DNA from: Dickeya solani IPO 2222
Lineage (GTDB): Bacteria; Pseudomonadota; Gammaproteobacteria; Enterobacterales; Enterobacteriaceae
Length of the DNA: 32,000 nt
Direction of reading: 5' to 3'
Assembly (NCBI RefSeq): GCF_001644705.1
Contig: NZ_CP015137.1
Location: 930,001-962,000 of the forward strand
In this document: one piece after another, positions 15,227-23,847 of the stretch
Numbering within the stretch: the first letter of the stretch is position 1
Layout: every line of letters begins with the position of its first letter
Program-made: the position numbers and the translations under genes
The notes under the pieces: model-generated
Databases searched by the model: none
What the model was told of the DNA's origin: nothing
Seen by the model: the letters and a program-made list of their open reading frames with translations, nothing else

Positions 15227-16204
15227 TCACGTACTCAGCGCATCAAACGCGCGGCGTATGTCGTCTTCCGGCAACCGGATGCCGATAAACACCATCACGC
15301 TCTCACGCGGTTCATCGGCGCGCCATTCCCGCTCCCAGTCGGCGCTGTAGAGCCGCTGCACCCCCTGAAACAGCAGGCGACGATCATCGCCGTCGATCGC
15401 CAGCACGCCTTTATAACGCAGCAGGTTATCGGCGCAGTTCAGCAACAGTTGTTCCATCACCGCCGATACCGCCGCCATGTCCACCGGGTGCGTCAGCCGC
15501 ACCACCAGCGATGCGATGGCGTTATCCTGTTCGATCAACGGCCGAAAACGCGGCAGAGAAACCGACAGGCGATCGTTGAGCATGAAACCGTCGACGCCGA
15601 AGATCTGGCGGTGGTCGATCTGGCCGTTAATCACCCGATGCAGGCTGGCGCGTGCGTTGATCCGTGCCAGCCTTGACTCCAGCGCCGAGGTATCGCCCGC
15701 CAGGTCGGTCTTGGTCAGCAATAAACGGTCGGCGTAGCCCACCTGCGCCTGCGCTACGGTATGCCGGTTCAACTGGTCATCGGCATGCACCGCGTCCACC
15801 AAGGCAATCACGCCGTCCAGCAGGAAACGCTGGCTCAGGCGCTCGTCGGAAAAAAACGTCTGAATCACCGGCCCCGGATCGGCCATACCGGTACATTCGA
15901 TCACCAGCCGGTCGAAGACCAGTTCGCCGCGATCAATCCCGTCCAGCAGGTCATGCAGCGCGCCGGACAGCTCGTTGGCGCTGCTACAGCAGATGCAGCC
16001 GTTGCTCAGCGTGGTAATGCGGGTCGCCCGGTCGCCCAGCAAGGCGTCATCAATCGCCACCGCGCCGAATTCATTTTCAATCACCGCGATCTTTTCACCG
16101 TGATCGGCATACAACAGGTGCCGGAGCAGCGTGGTTTTACCGGCGCCGAGAAAGCCGGTGAGAATCGTCGCGGGTAATACCGTTGCGGGTAATGAATGGG
16201 TCAT
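15227..16204 (-). CDS. yjiA: COG0523/CobW-family metal-binding GTPase YjiA
   Basis: The start was moved to ATG 16204. LTGFLGAGKTTLLRHLL (P-loop), the CxCC metal motif NGCICCS, VIECTGMADPGPVIQTFF and LLRYKGVLAIDGDDRRLLFQGVQRLYSADW are colinear with E. coli YjiA. Confidence 0.9.
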   Translation of the reverse strand: MTHSLPATVLPATILTGFLGAGKTTLLRHLLYADHGEKIAVIENEFGAVAIDDALLGDRATRITTLSNGCICCSSANELSGALHDLLDGIDRGELVFDRLVIECTGMADPGPVIQTFFSDERLSQRFLLDGVIALVDAVHADDQLNRHTVAQAQVGYADRLLLTKTDLAGDTSALESRLARINARASLHRVINGQIDHRQIFGVDGFMLNDRLSVSLPRFRPLIEQDNAIASLVVRLTHPVDMAAVSAVMEQLLLNCADNLLRYKGVLAIDGDDRRLLFQGVQRLYSADWEREWRADEPRESVMVFIGIRLPEDDIRRAFDALST

Positions 16205-16239
16205 AATCGAAAAAAAAACTCCTTGTCGCGCTCTGGCGT

Positions 16240-16443
16240 TCAACAGCACCGAAAACCGCCTTTGCCGCTGCCGCCATAGCGTGCCTGCTGGCGTTCGCGG
16301 AAAAATTCCTCGTAGCTCATGACGTCCTGGTCCGGGTGGTTGGTCTGCATGTGCTGCACATAATTATCGTAATCCGGGATGCCCACCAGCATTCTGGCGG
16401 CCTGCCCCAGGTATTTTCCCGCTTTCCCAAGGTTTCCGAACAT
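16240..16443 (-). CDS. yjiX: YjiX/YbdD-family small protein (DUF466)
   Basis: The start was moved to ATG 16443 (RBS GAGAGG). [67 protein letters not shown] matches E. coli YjiX almost residue for residue. Confidence 0.9.
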   Translation of the reverse strand: MFGNLGKAGKYLGQAARMLVGIPDYDNYVQHMQTNHPDQDVMSYEEFFRERQQARYGGSGKGGFRCC

Positions 16444-16491
16444 ATCGCCCTCTCTTTGTCTCCGCTGGTCTGCGCGCCGACAGGACATGAA

Positions 16492-16523
16492 CGCCGGCAG
16501 GCCCGTACAGGCGCCTGCCGGCG
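16492..16523 (-). other. GC-rich stem-loop in the btsT-yjiX intergenic spacer
   Basis: CGCCGGCAGGC-10 nt-GCCTGCCGGCG forms an 11-bp perfect stem. No U-tract follows in the direction of transcription. Confidence 0.5.
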
Positions 16524-16542
16524 GTATCCTCCTCGCCCTCGG

Positions 16543-18690
16543 TTAGTGGTGGGAGGAGATCTTCACGCCGCCTTCCGGCACCGGCACATACGGCGTCTCC
16601 CGGTCGGAACGTTCCGACGAGTTTCGCTCATTCATCGCGGTGCGGATGCCATAGAAAATTATGCTATACACCACCACCAGGAACAAAATACTCAACCCGG
16701 CATTAGTATAGTTGTTGACGACAATGTGATGCATGTTGCTGATCTGCTGCGCACTCAGATCGGTGCCTTCGGCAATACGCTGTTTGTAAACGCGCGCCAG
16801 ATACAGGAAGCCTTCCATCTGCGGATTATCGCTAAACAGCTTCAGCCCCAGCGCCCAGGTGGTGCAGATCAGCAGCCAGACCGCCGGCAGCAGCGTCACC
16901 CAAATGTAGCGAGTACGTTTCATCTTGATCAGCACCACGGTGCCCAGCACCAGCGCCACCGCGGCCAGCATCTGGTTAGAGATGCCGAACAGCGGCCACA
17001 GGCTCTTGACGCCGCCCAGCGGATCCACCACGCCCTGATACAGCAGGTAGCCCCACAGGCCGACGCAACCGGCGGTGCCGACGATACCCGCGACCAGCGA
17101 ATCGGTCTTTTTCAGGAACGGGACGAAGTTGCCCAGCAGGTCCTGCAGCATAAAGCGGCCGGAACGGGTGCCCGCATCCAACGCGGTCAGGATGAACAGC
17201 GCTTCGAACAGGATACCGAAGTGATACCAGAAGCCCATGTTGGCGCTCGGGATGATCTGATGGAACACATAGGCAATCCCCACCGCCAGCGTCGGCGCGC
17301 CGCCGGCACGATTGAGCACAGACGGCTCGCCGATGTCCTTCGCGGTCTGCAGAATTTGCTCCGGCGAAATCACAAAGCCCCAGGAACTGACGGTGGCCGC
17401 CGCCTGCACAGTGACGTCGTGCAACTGCGCCATAATAGCCGGCGCATTGGCACCGCCCAGTTCATGCAGGTTAGGCATGGTGATGCCCAGCCCCATCGGC
17501 GGGGTGTTCATGGCGAAGTACAGACCCGGTTCGATGATCGACGCGGCGACCAGCGCCATGATGGCGACAAAGGACTCCATCAGCATCGCGCCGTAACCGA
17601 TGAAGCGGGCGTCGGTTTCGTTGGCCAGCAGCTTCGGCGTAGTGCCGGAGGCGATCAGCGCATGGAACCCCGATACCGCGCCGCAGGCGATGGTAATAAA
17701 CAGGAACGGGAACAGCGCGCCCTTCCACACCGGCCCGGTGCCATCGATAAACTGGGTCATGGACGGCATTTTCAGCTCGGGGTTGATGATCACAATGCCG
17801 ATCGCCAGACCGACAATCACCCCGATTTTCAGGAAGGTCGCCAGATAGTCGCGCGGCGCCAGGATCAGCCACACCGGCAGCAGCGCGGAGACGAACGCAT
17901 AACCGATCAGCGCAAAGGTGATGGTGGTGTCCTTGAAGGTCAGCGCCGGGCCCCAGTACGGGTCATGGGCGATGACGCCGCCGAACCAGATCGCCAACAG
18001 CAGCAGCACAATGCCGATCACCGACACTTCCCCCACCCGGCCAGGGCGCAGGAAGCGCATATAAATACCCATAAACAGCGCGATAGGCACGGTGGAGCAG
18101 ACGGTGAACACACCCCACGGGCTTTCCGCCAGCGCTTTCACCACGATCAGCGCCAGTACCGCCAGAATGATGATCATAATCAGGAAGCAGCCGAACAGCG
18201 CGATGGTGCCGGGCACCGGCCCCATTTCCTCTTTGATCATTTCCCCCAGCGAGACGCCATTGCGGCGGGTCGACATGAACAGCACCATAAAGTCCTGCAC
18301 CGCGCCCGCCAGCACCACCCCGGCCAGCAGCCACAGCGTGCCGGGCAGGTAGCCCATCTGGGCGGCCAGCACCGGGCCTACCAGCGGACCGGCGCCGGCG
18401 ATGGCTGCAAAGTGGTGGCCGAACAACACATTGCGGTTGGTCGGCACATAGTTAAGCCCGTCGTTGTTGACCACCGCGGGCGTAGCGCGGTTGGCGTCGA
18501 GCTGCATCACCTTGCGGGCGATGTACAGACTGTAGTAACGGTAGGCCACCAGGTAGACCGCTACCGAAGCCACCACAATCCACATGGCGCTGACGTGCTC
18601 GCCGCGACGCAGCGCGACCACGCCGAGACAGCTGGCCCCGATGAACCCCAGTAACGCCCAGGGAAGATGCCTGAGAAGTTTATCTTTCAT
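16543..18690 (-). CDS. btsT: CstA-family pyruvate/H+ symporter BtsT (YjiY)
   Basis: 715 aa polytopic membrane protein. The N-terminal 150 aa (..VALRRGEHVSAMWIVVASVAVYLVAYRYYSLYIARKVM...NNDGLNYVPTNRNVLFGHHFAAIAGAGPLVGPVLAAQMGYLPGTLWLLAGVVLAGAVQDFMVLF) are nearly identical to E. coli YjiY/BtsT. Confidence 0.95.
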   Translation of the reverse strand: MKDKLLRHLPWALLGFIGASCLGVVALRRGEHVSAMWIVVASVAVYLVAYRYYSLYIARKVMQLDANRATPAVVNNDGLNYVPTNRNVLFGHHFAAIAGAGPLVGPVLAAQMGYLPGTLWLLAGVVLAGAVQDFMVLFMSTRRNGVSLGEMIKEEMGPVPGTIALFGCFLIMIIILAVLALIVVKALAESPWGVFTVCSTVPIALFMGIYMRFLRPGRVGEVSVIGIVLLLLAIWFGGVIAHDPYWGPALTFKDTTITFALIGYAFVSALLPVWLILAPRDYLATFLKIGVIVGLAIGIVIINPELKMPSMTQFIDGTGPVWKGALFPFLFITIACGAVSGFHALIASGTTPKLLANETDARFIGYGAMLMESFVAIMALVAASIIEPGLYFAMNTPPMGLGITMPNLHELGGANAPAIMAQLHDVTVQAAATVSSWGFVISPEQILQTAKDIGEPSVLNRAGGAPTLAVGIAYVFHQIIPSANMGFWYHFGILFEALFILTALDAGTRSGRFMLQDLLGNFVPFLKKTDSLVAGIVGTAGCVGLWGYLLYQGVVDPLGGVKSLWPLFGISNQMLAAVALVLGTVVLIKMKRTRYIWVTLLPAVWLLICTTWALGLKLFSDNPQMEGFLYLARVYKQRIAEGTDLSAQQISNMHHIVVNNYTNAGLSILFLVVVYSIIFYGIRTAMNERNSSERSDRETPYVPVPEGGVKISSHH

Positions 18691-18784
18691 AGCGTTTACT
18701 CTTCTTATTGATGTAATTACTTATGATGTAGTCACCTGTCGTGACTGTAATAGGGCCACAAGTCGGGCAATAGCTGAATTTACG

Positions 18785-18840
18785 TCAGCGGTCGGATAAG
18801 CCGATGACCGGTCGCATATCGGGATAAGCGGTGACGGATT
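18785..18840 (-). promoter_or_regulatory. Candidate BtsR (LytTR) binding repeats in the btsT promoter region
   Basis: On the transcribed (minus) strand there are three motifs. ACCGCTTA (18832-18825) matches exactly the YehT motif ACC[G/A]CT[C/T]A as I recall it. TCGGCTTA (18804-18797) and ACCGCTGA (18792-18785) are near-matches. A longer imperfect direct repeat is also present: GGATAAGCCGATGACCGG / GGATAAGCGGTGACGG. Confidence 0.45.
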
Positions 18841-18999
18841 TTTACCTGGATTGACGAAAGTTCACCCTTCGGCGGGCAACGGGAAAGCAGCACCAGATGT
18901 GATGCCGGCACAGGTCAATTCGCCGGCGACGAAGGCAACGACAGGAAAAAACAGCAGCAGAAAAAGAAAAGGCCGCCCGCGCAAACACGGACCGGACTG

Positions 19000-19725
19000 T
19001 CACCCCTTAAGGCCAAGCAGTTGCTTGAGGGTTTTCAGGTAGCGGCGGCTGACCGGCAGCAGCTGGCCGCTTTTCAACACAATTTCCGCCTGACCGCTCT
19101 CCTCCAGCCGGATTTCGCGCAGATGATCCATGTTGACCAGAAACTGACGATGGCAACGCACCAGCGGGGTGCGGCTTTCCAGCGTTTTCAGGGTCAATTC
19201 GGTAAAGCACTCCTCCCCCTGCGGGCCGGTCACATACACCCCGCTCTGCCGCGAGCTGGCAAACTGCACTTCGCTGCTTTTCATCAGATAAATACGGCTG
19301 TGCCCGGTACAAGGGATGTAGTCGAGGCCGGCCTGCGGGTCGGACAGCTTGTCGATATTCTGCACCGGGCGCTCACGGTGCAGGTTGCGCAAGGTTTTTG
19401 CCAGCCGCGGCGGGTCAATCGGCTTGAGCAGATAATCGAACGCCTGTTCCTCGAACGCCTTGATGGCGTATTCGTCGTAGGCGGTAATGAACACGATGTA
19501 GGGCATATTGTCCGGATCGATCATGCCGATCATCTCCAGCCCGCTGATACGCGGCATCTGAATATCCAGAAATACCACGTCAGGATGCAACCGGTGGATG
19601 GCGCTGATCGCCTCCACCGCATTCGCGCATTCGCCCACCAGCTCAAGGCCGTCATCCGGTTCCAACAGGCAACGCAAGTTGTCTCGCGCCAGCGGTTCAT
19701 CGTCAACAATCAGCACGGTCAGCAT
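19000..19725 (-). CDS. btsR: LytTR-family response regulator BtsR (YehT)
   Basis: 241 aa. The receiver domain ([11 protein letters not shown]...[19 protein letters not shown]) and LytTR domain ([11 protein letters not shown]...[11 protein letters not shown]...[12 protein letters not shown]) are colinear with E. coli YehT. Confidence 0.92.
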   Translation of the reverse strand: MLTVLIVDDEPLARDNLRCLLEPDDGLELVGECANAVEAISAIHRLHPDVVFLDIQMPRISGLEMIGMIDPDNMPYIVFITAYDEYAIKAFEEQAFDYLLKPIDPPRLAKTLRNLHRERPVQNIDKLSDPQAGLDYIPCTGHSRIYLMKSSEVQFASSRQSGVYVTGPQGEECFTELTLKTLESRTPLVRCHRQFLVNMDHLREIRLEESGQAEIVLKSGQLLPVSRRYLKTLKQLLGLKG

Positions 19726-21410
19726 GACTGGCTTTCCTCACAGGGCAGGGTCAGATGGATATGGGTGTAACGGTCAGGCTCGCATTCCACGCTCAGGCCA
19801 TAGTCGTTGCCGTAACGGCTGCGAATACGTTTATCAACCAGATTCATCCCCAGACCGGTGCAGTTGGTGCGCGGCTGGTACAGGCCGGCATTATCCTCGA
19901 TGCTCAACAACAGGCGATCGCCCTGCCGGCTGGCGCTGATGGTGATAATGCCGGTGCCCAACAGATGCGCCGTACCGTGCTTGATGGCGTTTTCCACCAG
20001 CGGCTGCAACGAGAACGCTGGCAACCGCATCGACATCAGCGCCGGCGGTAGGTTGAAACGGATCTGCAGCCGTTCCTGAAAGCGGGCTTTCTCGATTTGC
20101 AGATAGGCGTTCACATGCTCGATCTCATCGGCCAGCGTGACGACTTCTTCAGAGCGTTTGAGGTTTTTACGAAAGAACGTCGACAGCGACTGCACGAGCC
20201 GGCCGGCCTGCTCGCTGTCGCGGCGGATCACCGCCAGCAGCGTGTTGAGCGCGTTAAACAGGAAATGCGGGTTGACCTGGGCATGCAGCAGCTTGATTTC
20301 CGATTGCGTCAGCAACTGCTTACTGCGCTCATACTGACCGGCCAGGATCTGCGCGGCCAGCAGGCTGGCGATACCTTCGCCGAAGGTACGGTTGATCGAA
20401 CTGAACAGGCGGTTTTTGGCCTCATACAGTTTGATGGTGCCGATCACCTGCTGATTTTCACCGCACAGCGGGATCACCAACGTCGATCCTAAACGACAGG
20501 TGGACTGCAACGAGCACTGGTAAGGCGTTTCGTTGCCGTCGGCGTACACCACCTCGTTGTGCTCGATGGCGCGCCGGGTATGACCCGATGCGATAGGCGT
20601 TCCCGGCAGGTGGTGGTCGTCGCCGATGCCGATAAAAGCCAGCAGCTTTTCGCGATCGGTGATCGCCACCGCGCCGATATCCATCTCCTGATAGACAACC
20701 TGCGCCACCCGCATGCTGTTTTCTTCGTTAAACCCTTGATGCAGGATACCTTCGGTGCACGCGGCGATTTTCAACGCCCGTGCCGAAAACGCCGAGGTAT
20801 ACTTTTCGAACATGGCGCGCCGGTCCAGCAGGATGCGCATAAACATCGCCGCGCCAATGCTGTTGGTGACGATCATCGGCACCGCAATGTCCTTAACCAG
20901 CTTCAGCGCATCATCAAACGGCCGTGCCAGCGACAAAATAATCGCCATTTGCAGCAATTCGGCGATAAACGTCACCCCCGCCACGGTAAAGGGGTTGAAC
21001 AGCCGGTCGACCCGGCCGCGACGCATCAGCAAACGGTGCGCCATGCCGCCCAGCAGCCCCTCGACGATGGTCGATACCATGCAGCTGAACGCGGTCATGC
21101 CGCCGAGCGAATAACGGTGCAGCCCGCCGGTCATCCCCACCAGCATCCCCACACCCGGCCCGCCGAGCAGGCCGCCCAGCACCGCGCCGATCGCGCGGGT
21201 ATTGGCGATGGAGTCCTGCACATGCAGCCCGAAATAGGTGCCCATAATGCAGAACATGGAAAACATGGCGTAGCACAACAGTTTATGCGGCAACCGAACC
21301 GTCACCTGCATCAGGGGGATAAACAGCGGCGTTTTACTGAGCAGATAGGCAATCACCAGGTAGACGCACATCTGCTGGAGCAACAGTAAAACCAGTTTGA
21401 ACTCATACAT
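19719..21410 (-). CDS. btsS: LytS-type sensor histidine kinase BtsS (YehU)
   Basis: 563 aa. It has an N-terminal 5TM LytS-type membrane domain, a GAF-like middle region and a His-kinase core ([15 protein letters not shown]; ATPase region ...VENAIKHG...GLGMNLV). It overlaps the btsR start by 7 nt. Confidence 0.9.
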   Translation of the reverse strand: MYEFKLVLLLLQQMCVYLVIAYLLSKTPLFIPLMQVTVRLPHKLLCYAMFSMFCIMGTYFGLHVQDSIANTRAIGAVLGGLLGGPGVGMLVGMTGGLHRYSLGGMTAFSCMVSTIVEGLLGGMAHRLLMRRGRVDRLFNPFTVAGVTFIAELLQMAIILSLARPFDDALKLVKDIAVPMIVTNSIGAAMFMRILLDRRAMFEKYTSAFSARALKIAACTEGILHQGFNEENSMRVAQVVYQEMDIGAVAITDREKLLAFIGIGDDHHLPGTPIASGHTRRAIEHNEVVYADGNETPYQCSLQSTCRLGSTLVIPLCGENQQVIGTIKLYEAKNRLFSSINRTFGEGIASLLAAQILAGQYERSKQLLTQSEIKLLHAQVNPHFLFNALNTLLAVIRRDSEQAGRLVQSLSTFFRKNLKRSEEVVTLADEIEHVNAYLQIEKARFQERLQIRFNLPPALMSMRLPAFSLQPLVENAIKHGTAHLLGTGIITISASRQGDRLLLSIEDNAGLYQPRTNCTGLGMNLVDKRIRSRYGNDYGLSVECEPDRYTHIHLTLPCEESQSC

Positions 21411-21665
21411 GATAGAAACTCGGACGGGGCAAAAAAACCGGAAATCTGGCGATTCTCAGGGAAGCATACCCTAACACAAACTCGCGACGTTACCTTGACG
21501 CGTTTCACTTATTTGTATACTGGCGCGGTCTGTTACCAGCGAGTGGTGGGAAGCCCCATTCTCAATCATTCCTCCTGGCTTTTCCACCTACCCCAACGCC
21601 GCCAAATGGCATTGACGACATACGGGGTCGTTATCGCTATCTACTTGATCATTATCCACTTGCGA

Positions 21666-22439
21666 TCAGCGGATTTCATTGACGTACATGAAGTTCCCGG
21701 TGGTGAAACGGTGATGGGCCAGGATCACCGGCCTCGCGCTCTGGTCGAACGAGATTTCGTCAATCACCATAATCGCCTGCGGCGCCTGCAACTCCAGCAA
21801 GCGGCAATCTTCCTCGCTGGCCAGTTCGGCGGTAATCTGTTCCCGCACCGCCGCCACCCGAATGTCGTAACAATCTATCAGAAACCGGTACAACAGCGGC
21901 GGCACCGACTCCTGCGGTGGGAAATCCGGCAGGCGGGCTTCCGGCAGCACCATGGTTTCATGCATCACGGGCGAGCCGTCGATCTTGCGTAATCGCTTGA
22001 GGTAAATCACGCTGTCGCCCGGCTGCAACTGCAGCTTTTCCACTTCCTGCTCCGTCGCCAGCGCCCGGTGATAATCCAGCAGGATCGTTTGCGAATTGAG
22101 CAACCGGCCATCCTTGCCGTGCAGGCGAAAATAGCGGAAGAAATGGCTCAGGTTGTGCAGCGGCGCCCATCCGGTCACCACCGTGCCGGTTTTACGGCGG
22201 CGCATCAACATCCCTTCGGCGGTCAGTGCCGCCAGCGCTTTGCGCACCGTTCCCACCGAAACGCCAAAATCGGCCGCCAGCGCGTTCTCGCTGGGCAACA
22301 CCGCACCGGCAGCCAGCTCGCCCACCAGAATCGACTCGCTGATATAGCGCTTCACCACCTCGTAACGCGGGGCGCCTTCAAATTCCTCAAGACGTCCAAA
22401 ACTCACGGCATCCTGCTCGTCAGATCGTTTCATTATCAT
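21666..22439 (-). CDS. GntR-family transcriptional regulator (HutC/UTRA subfamily)
   Basis: Start preferred at ATG 22439 (AGGGA 7 nt upstream); the track ORF begins at GTG 22469. The winged-helix region is LPSENALAADFGVSVGTVRKALAALTAEGMLMRRRKTGTVV, followed by a UTRA-like effector domain. Confidence 0.85.
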   Translation of the reverse strand: MIMKRSDEQDAVSFGRLEEFEGAPRYEVVKRYISESILVGELAAGAVLPSENALAADFGVSVGTVRKALAALTAEGMLMRRRKTGTVVTGWAPLHNLSHFFRYFRLHGKDGRLLNSQTILLDYHRALATEQEVEKLQLQPGDSVIYLKRLRKIDGSPVMHETMVLPEARLPDFPPQESVPPLLYRFLIDCYDIRVAAVREQITAELASEEDCRLLELQAPQAIMVIDEISFDQSARPVILAHHRFTTGNFMYVNEIR

Positions 22440-22477
22440 GAATGATTCCCTATTGACCGGCTCGCTCACCTGAATTA

Positions 22478-22494
22478 TCTATAAACTATATAGA
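22478..22494. promoter_or_regulatory. Inverted repeat TCTATA-aacta-TATAGA in the divergent GntR/M20 intergenic region (candidate operator)
   Basis: Read directly. It lies 23-39 bp upstream of the M20 ATG (22517) and just downstream of a TTGACC hexamer (22453-22458). AT-rich palindromes of this size are typical GntR-family operators. Confidence 0.4.
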
Positions 22495-22516
22495 AATACA
22501 ACCCAGTGAGCACGAC

Positions 22517-23797
22517 ATGAGTGTGACATCCCATTTTCAGCAGGCGCTGACCGCCATTGCTGATGACTCAGACGCTATTTTACAAGATATGAGCCGCATG
22601 CTGGCCGTGGATACCAGCTTCCCGCCCGGCCTGGGCTATGGCGCATTCGCCGATCTGATGGAGTCGCTGCTGACGCCGATGGGGTTCCGCTTCCAGCGGG
22701 TGTCGGTGCCCGAATCCCTGTGGCGTTCGCCTGACGGCAGCGCACGCGGAGAGCGCGTCAACCTGCTGGCTACCCTGCCCGGCGACGCGGCGGAAAACTG
22801 CAACCTCTATTTTCACGTCGATACCGTACCGCCTGGCGACGGCTGGCATTACCCGCCGTTGGCGCTGAGCCAGGACGGTGAACGGCTGATCGGGCGCGGC
22901 AGCGCCGATATGAAAGGAACGATCGTCGCCACATTGGCCGCGCTGCGTGCGGCGCAAAAATACCGCCTCAAACTGCGTTTCAACCCGGTGCTGTTGCTAT
23001 GCACCGACGAAGAAGGCGGGCTGTATCCCGGCATTCGCTATCTGGCGGAACAACAGCTTTTTCAAGGCCATATGCTGAGCTTCAACGGCGGCGCCGCGCC
23101 GCGCATCTGGGCGGGTTGTTTCGGCAGTCTGGACGTGGTGATCCGCGTGACGGGGCGCTCGGCGCATTCCGGCGACTCGGTGGACGGCATCAACGCCATT
23201 GAGGAAAGCGTGCCGCTGATGAACGCGCTGATGGCGCTGAAACGACAGGTTGAGCAGCGCACCTCCGCCATGCCGCCGCCGCCGCATTTTGCCGGCAAGC
23301 CGCTGACCTCCCGCCTGACGCTGGCGGTGGCGCAGGGCGGCAGCAAAGGCTCCACGCTGCCGGAACGTTTTGAGCTGCTGGTCAACCGTCGCTACGCCCC
23401 CGAAGAGTCGTTCGACGCGGTCTGGCAGGAATTGACCGACTGCATCACGCAATCGATGGCGTCCTCCGCCGCGCTGAGTACGGAATACCATCTGATCGGC
23501 CATCTGGCGCCGGTCAGCGACCCGACCGGGCCGCACTGGCCGCGCTGGCAGCAAGCGCTCGGCATGGGGTTCGGTTTCCGCGCCGACGAATTCGCCGCCT
23601 GGGGCTCCTCCAGCAGTTCCGACATGGGATGGGTACAACAGGCGGGCATTCAGGAAATTCTGTTAGGGGGTCTGGTACGGCCGGATAACCACATTCACGC
23701 CGCCAATGAGTACACCACGATGTCGGACGTCGTCGCCTTATCTCAGTCCATTCTGGCCTATCTGGCCGAGGACTTTTCGCCAACACAGGGTTATTAA
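22517..23797 (+). CDS. M20-family metallohydrolase (ArgE/DapE/ACY1/CPG2-like), copy 1
   Basis: 426 aa. It has the FHVDTVPPG metal-binding His-x-Asp region, GRGSADMKG, the CTDEEGG acid pair and a dimerisation-domain-sized insert. Confidence 0.85.
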   Translation: MSVTSHFQQALTAIADDSDAILQDMSRMLAVDTSFPPGLGYGAFADLMESLLTPMGFRFQRVSVPESLWRSPDGSARGERVNLLATLPGDAAENCNLYFHVDTVPPGDGWHYPPLALSQDGERLIGRGSADMKGTIVATLAALRAAQKYRLKLRFNPVLLLCTDEEGGLYPGIRYLAEQQLFQGHMLSFNGGAAPRIWAGCFGSLDVVIRVTGRSAHSGDSVDGINAIEESVPLMNALMALKRQVEQRTSAMPPPPHFAGKPLTSRLTLAVAQGGSKGSTLPERFELLVNRRYAPEESFDAVWQELTDCITQSMASSAALSTEYHLIGHLAPVSDPTGPHWPRWQQALGMGFGFRADEFAAWGSSSSSDMGWVQQAGIQEILLGGLVRPDNHIHAANEYTTMSDVVALSQSILAYLAEDFSPTQGY

Positions 23798-23847
23798 GCA
23801 ACAGAAAACCAACAACGATTGACAGACAACAGACAGAGGAAACCGCG

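Noticed and set aside
16336-18654. A 772-aa + strand ORF, the longest in the window
   Set aside because: It is entirely antisense to btsT, which has unmistakable homology. Its translation is a low-complexity Arg/His/Gln/Asp-rich string with no motifs. This is the usual shadow ORF of a GC-rich gene.
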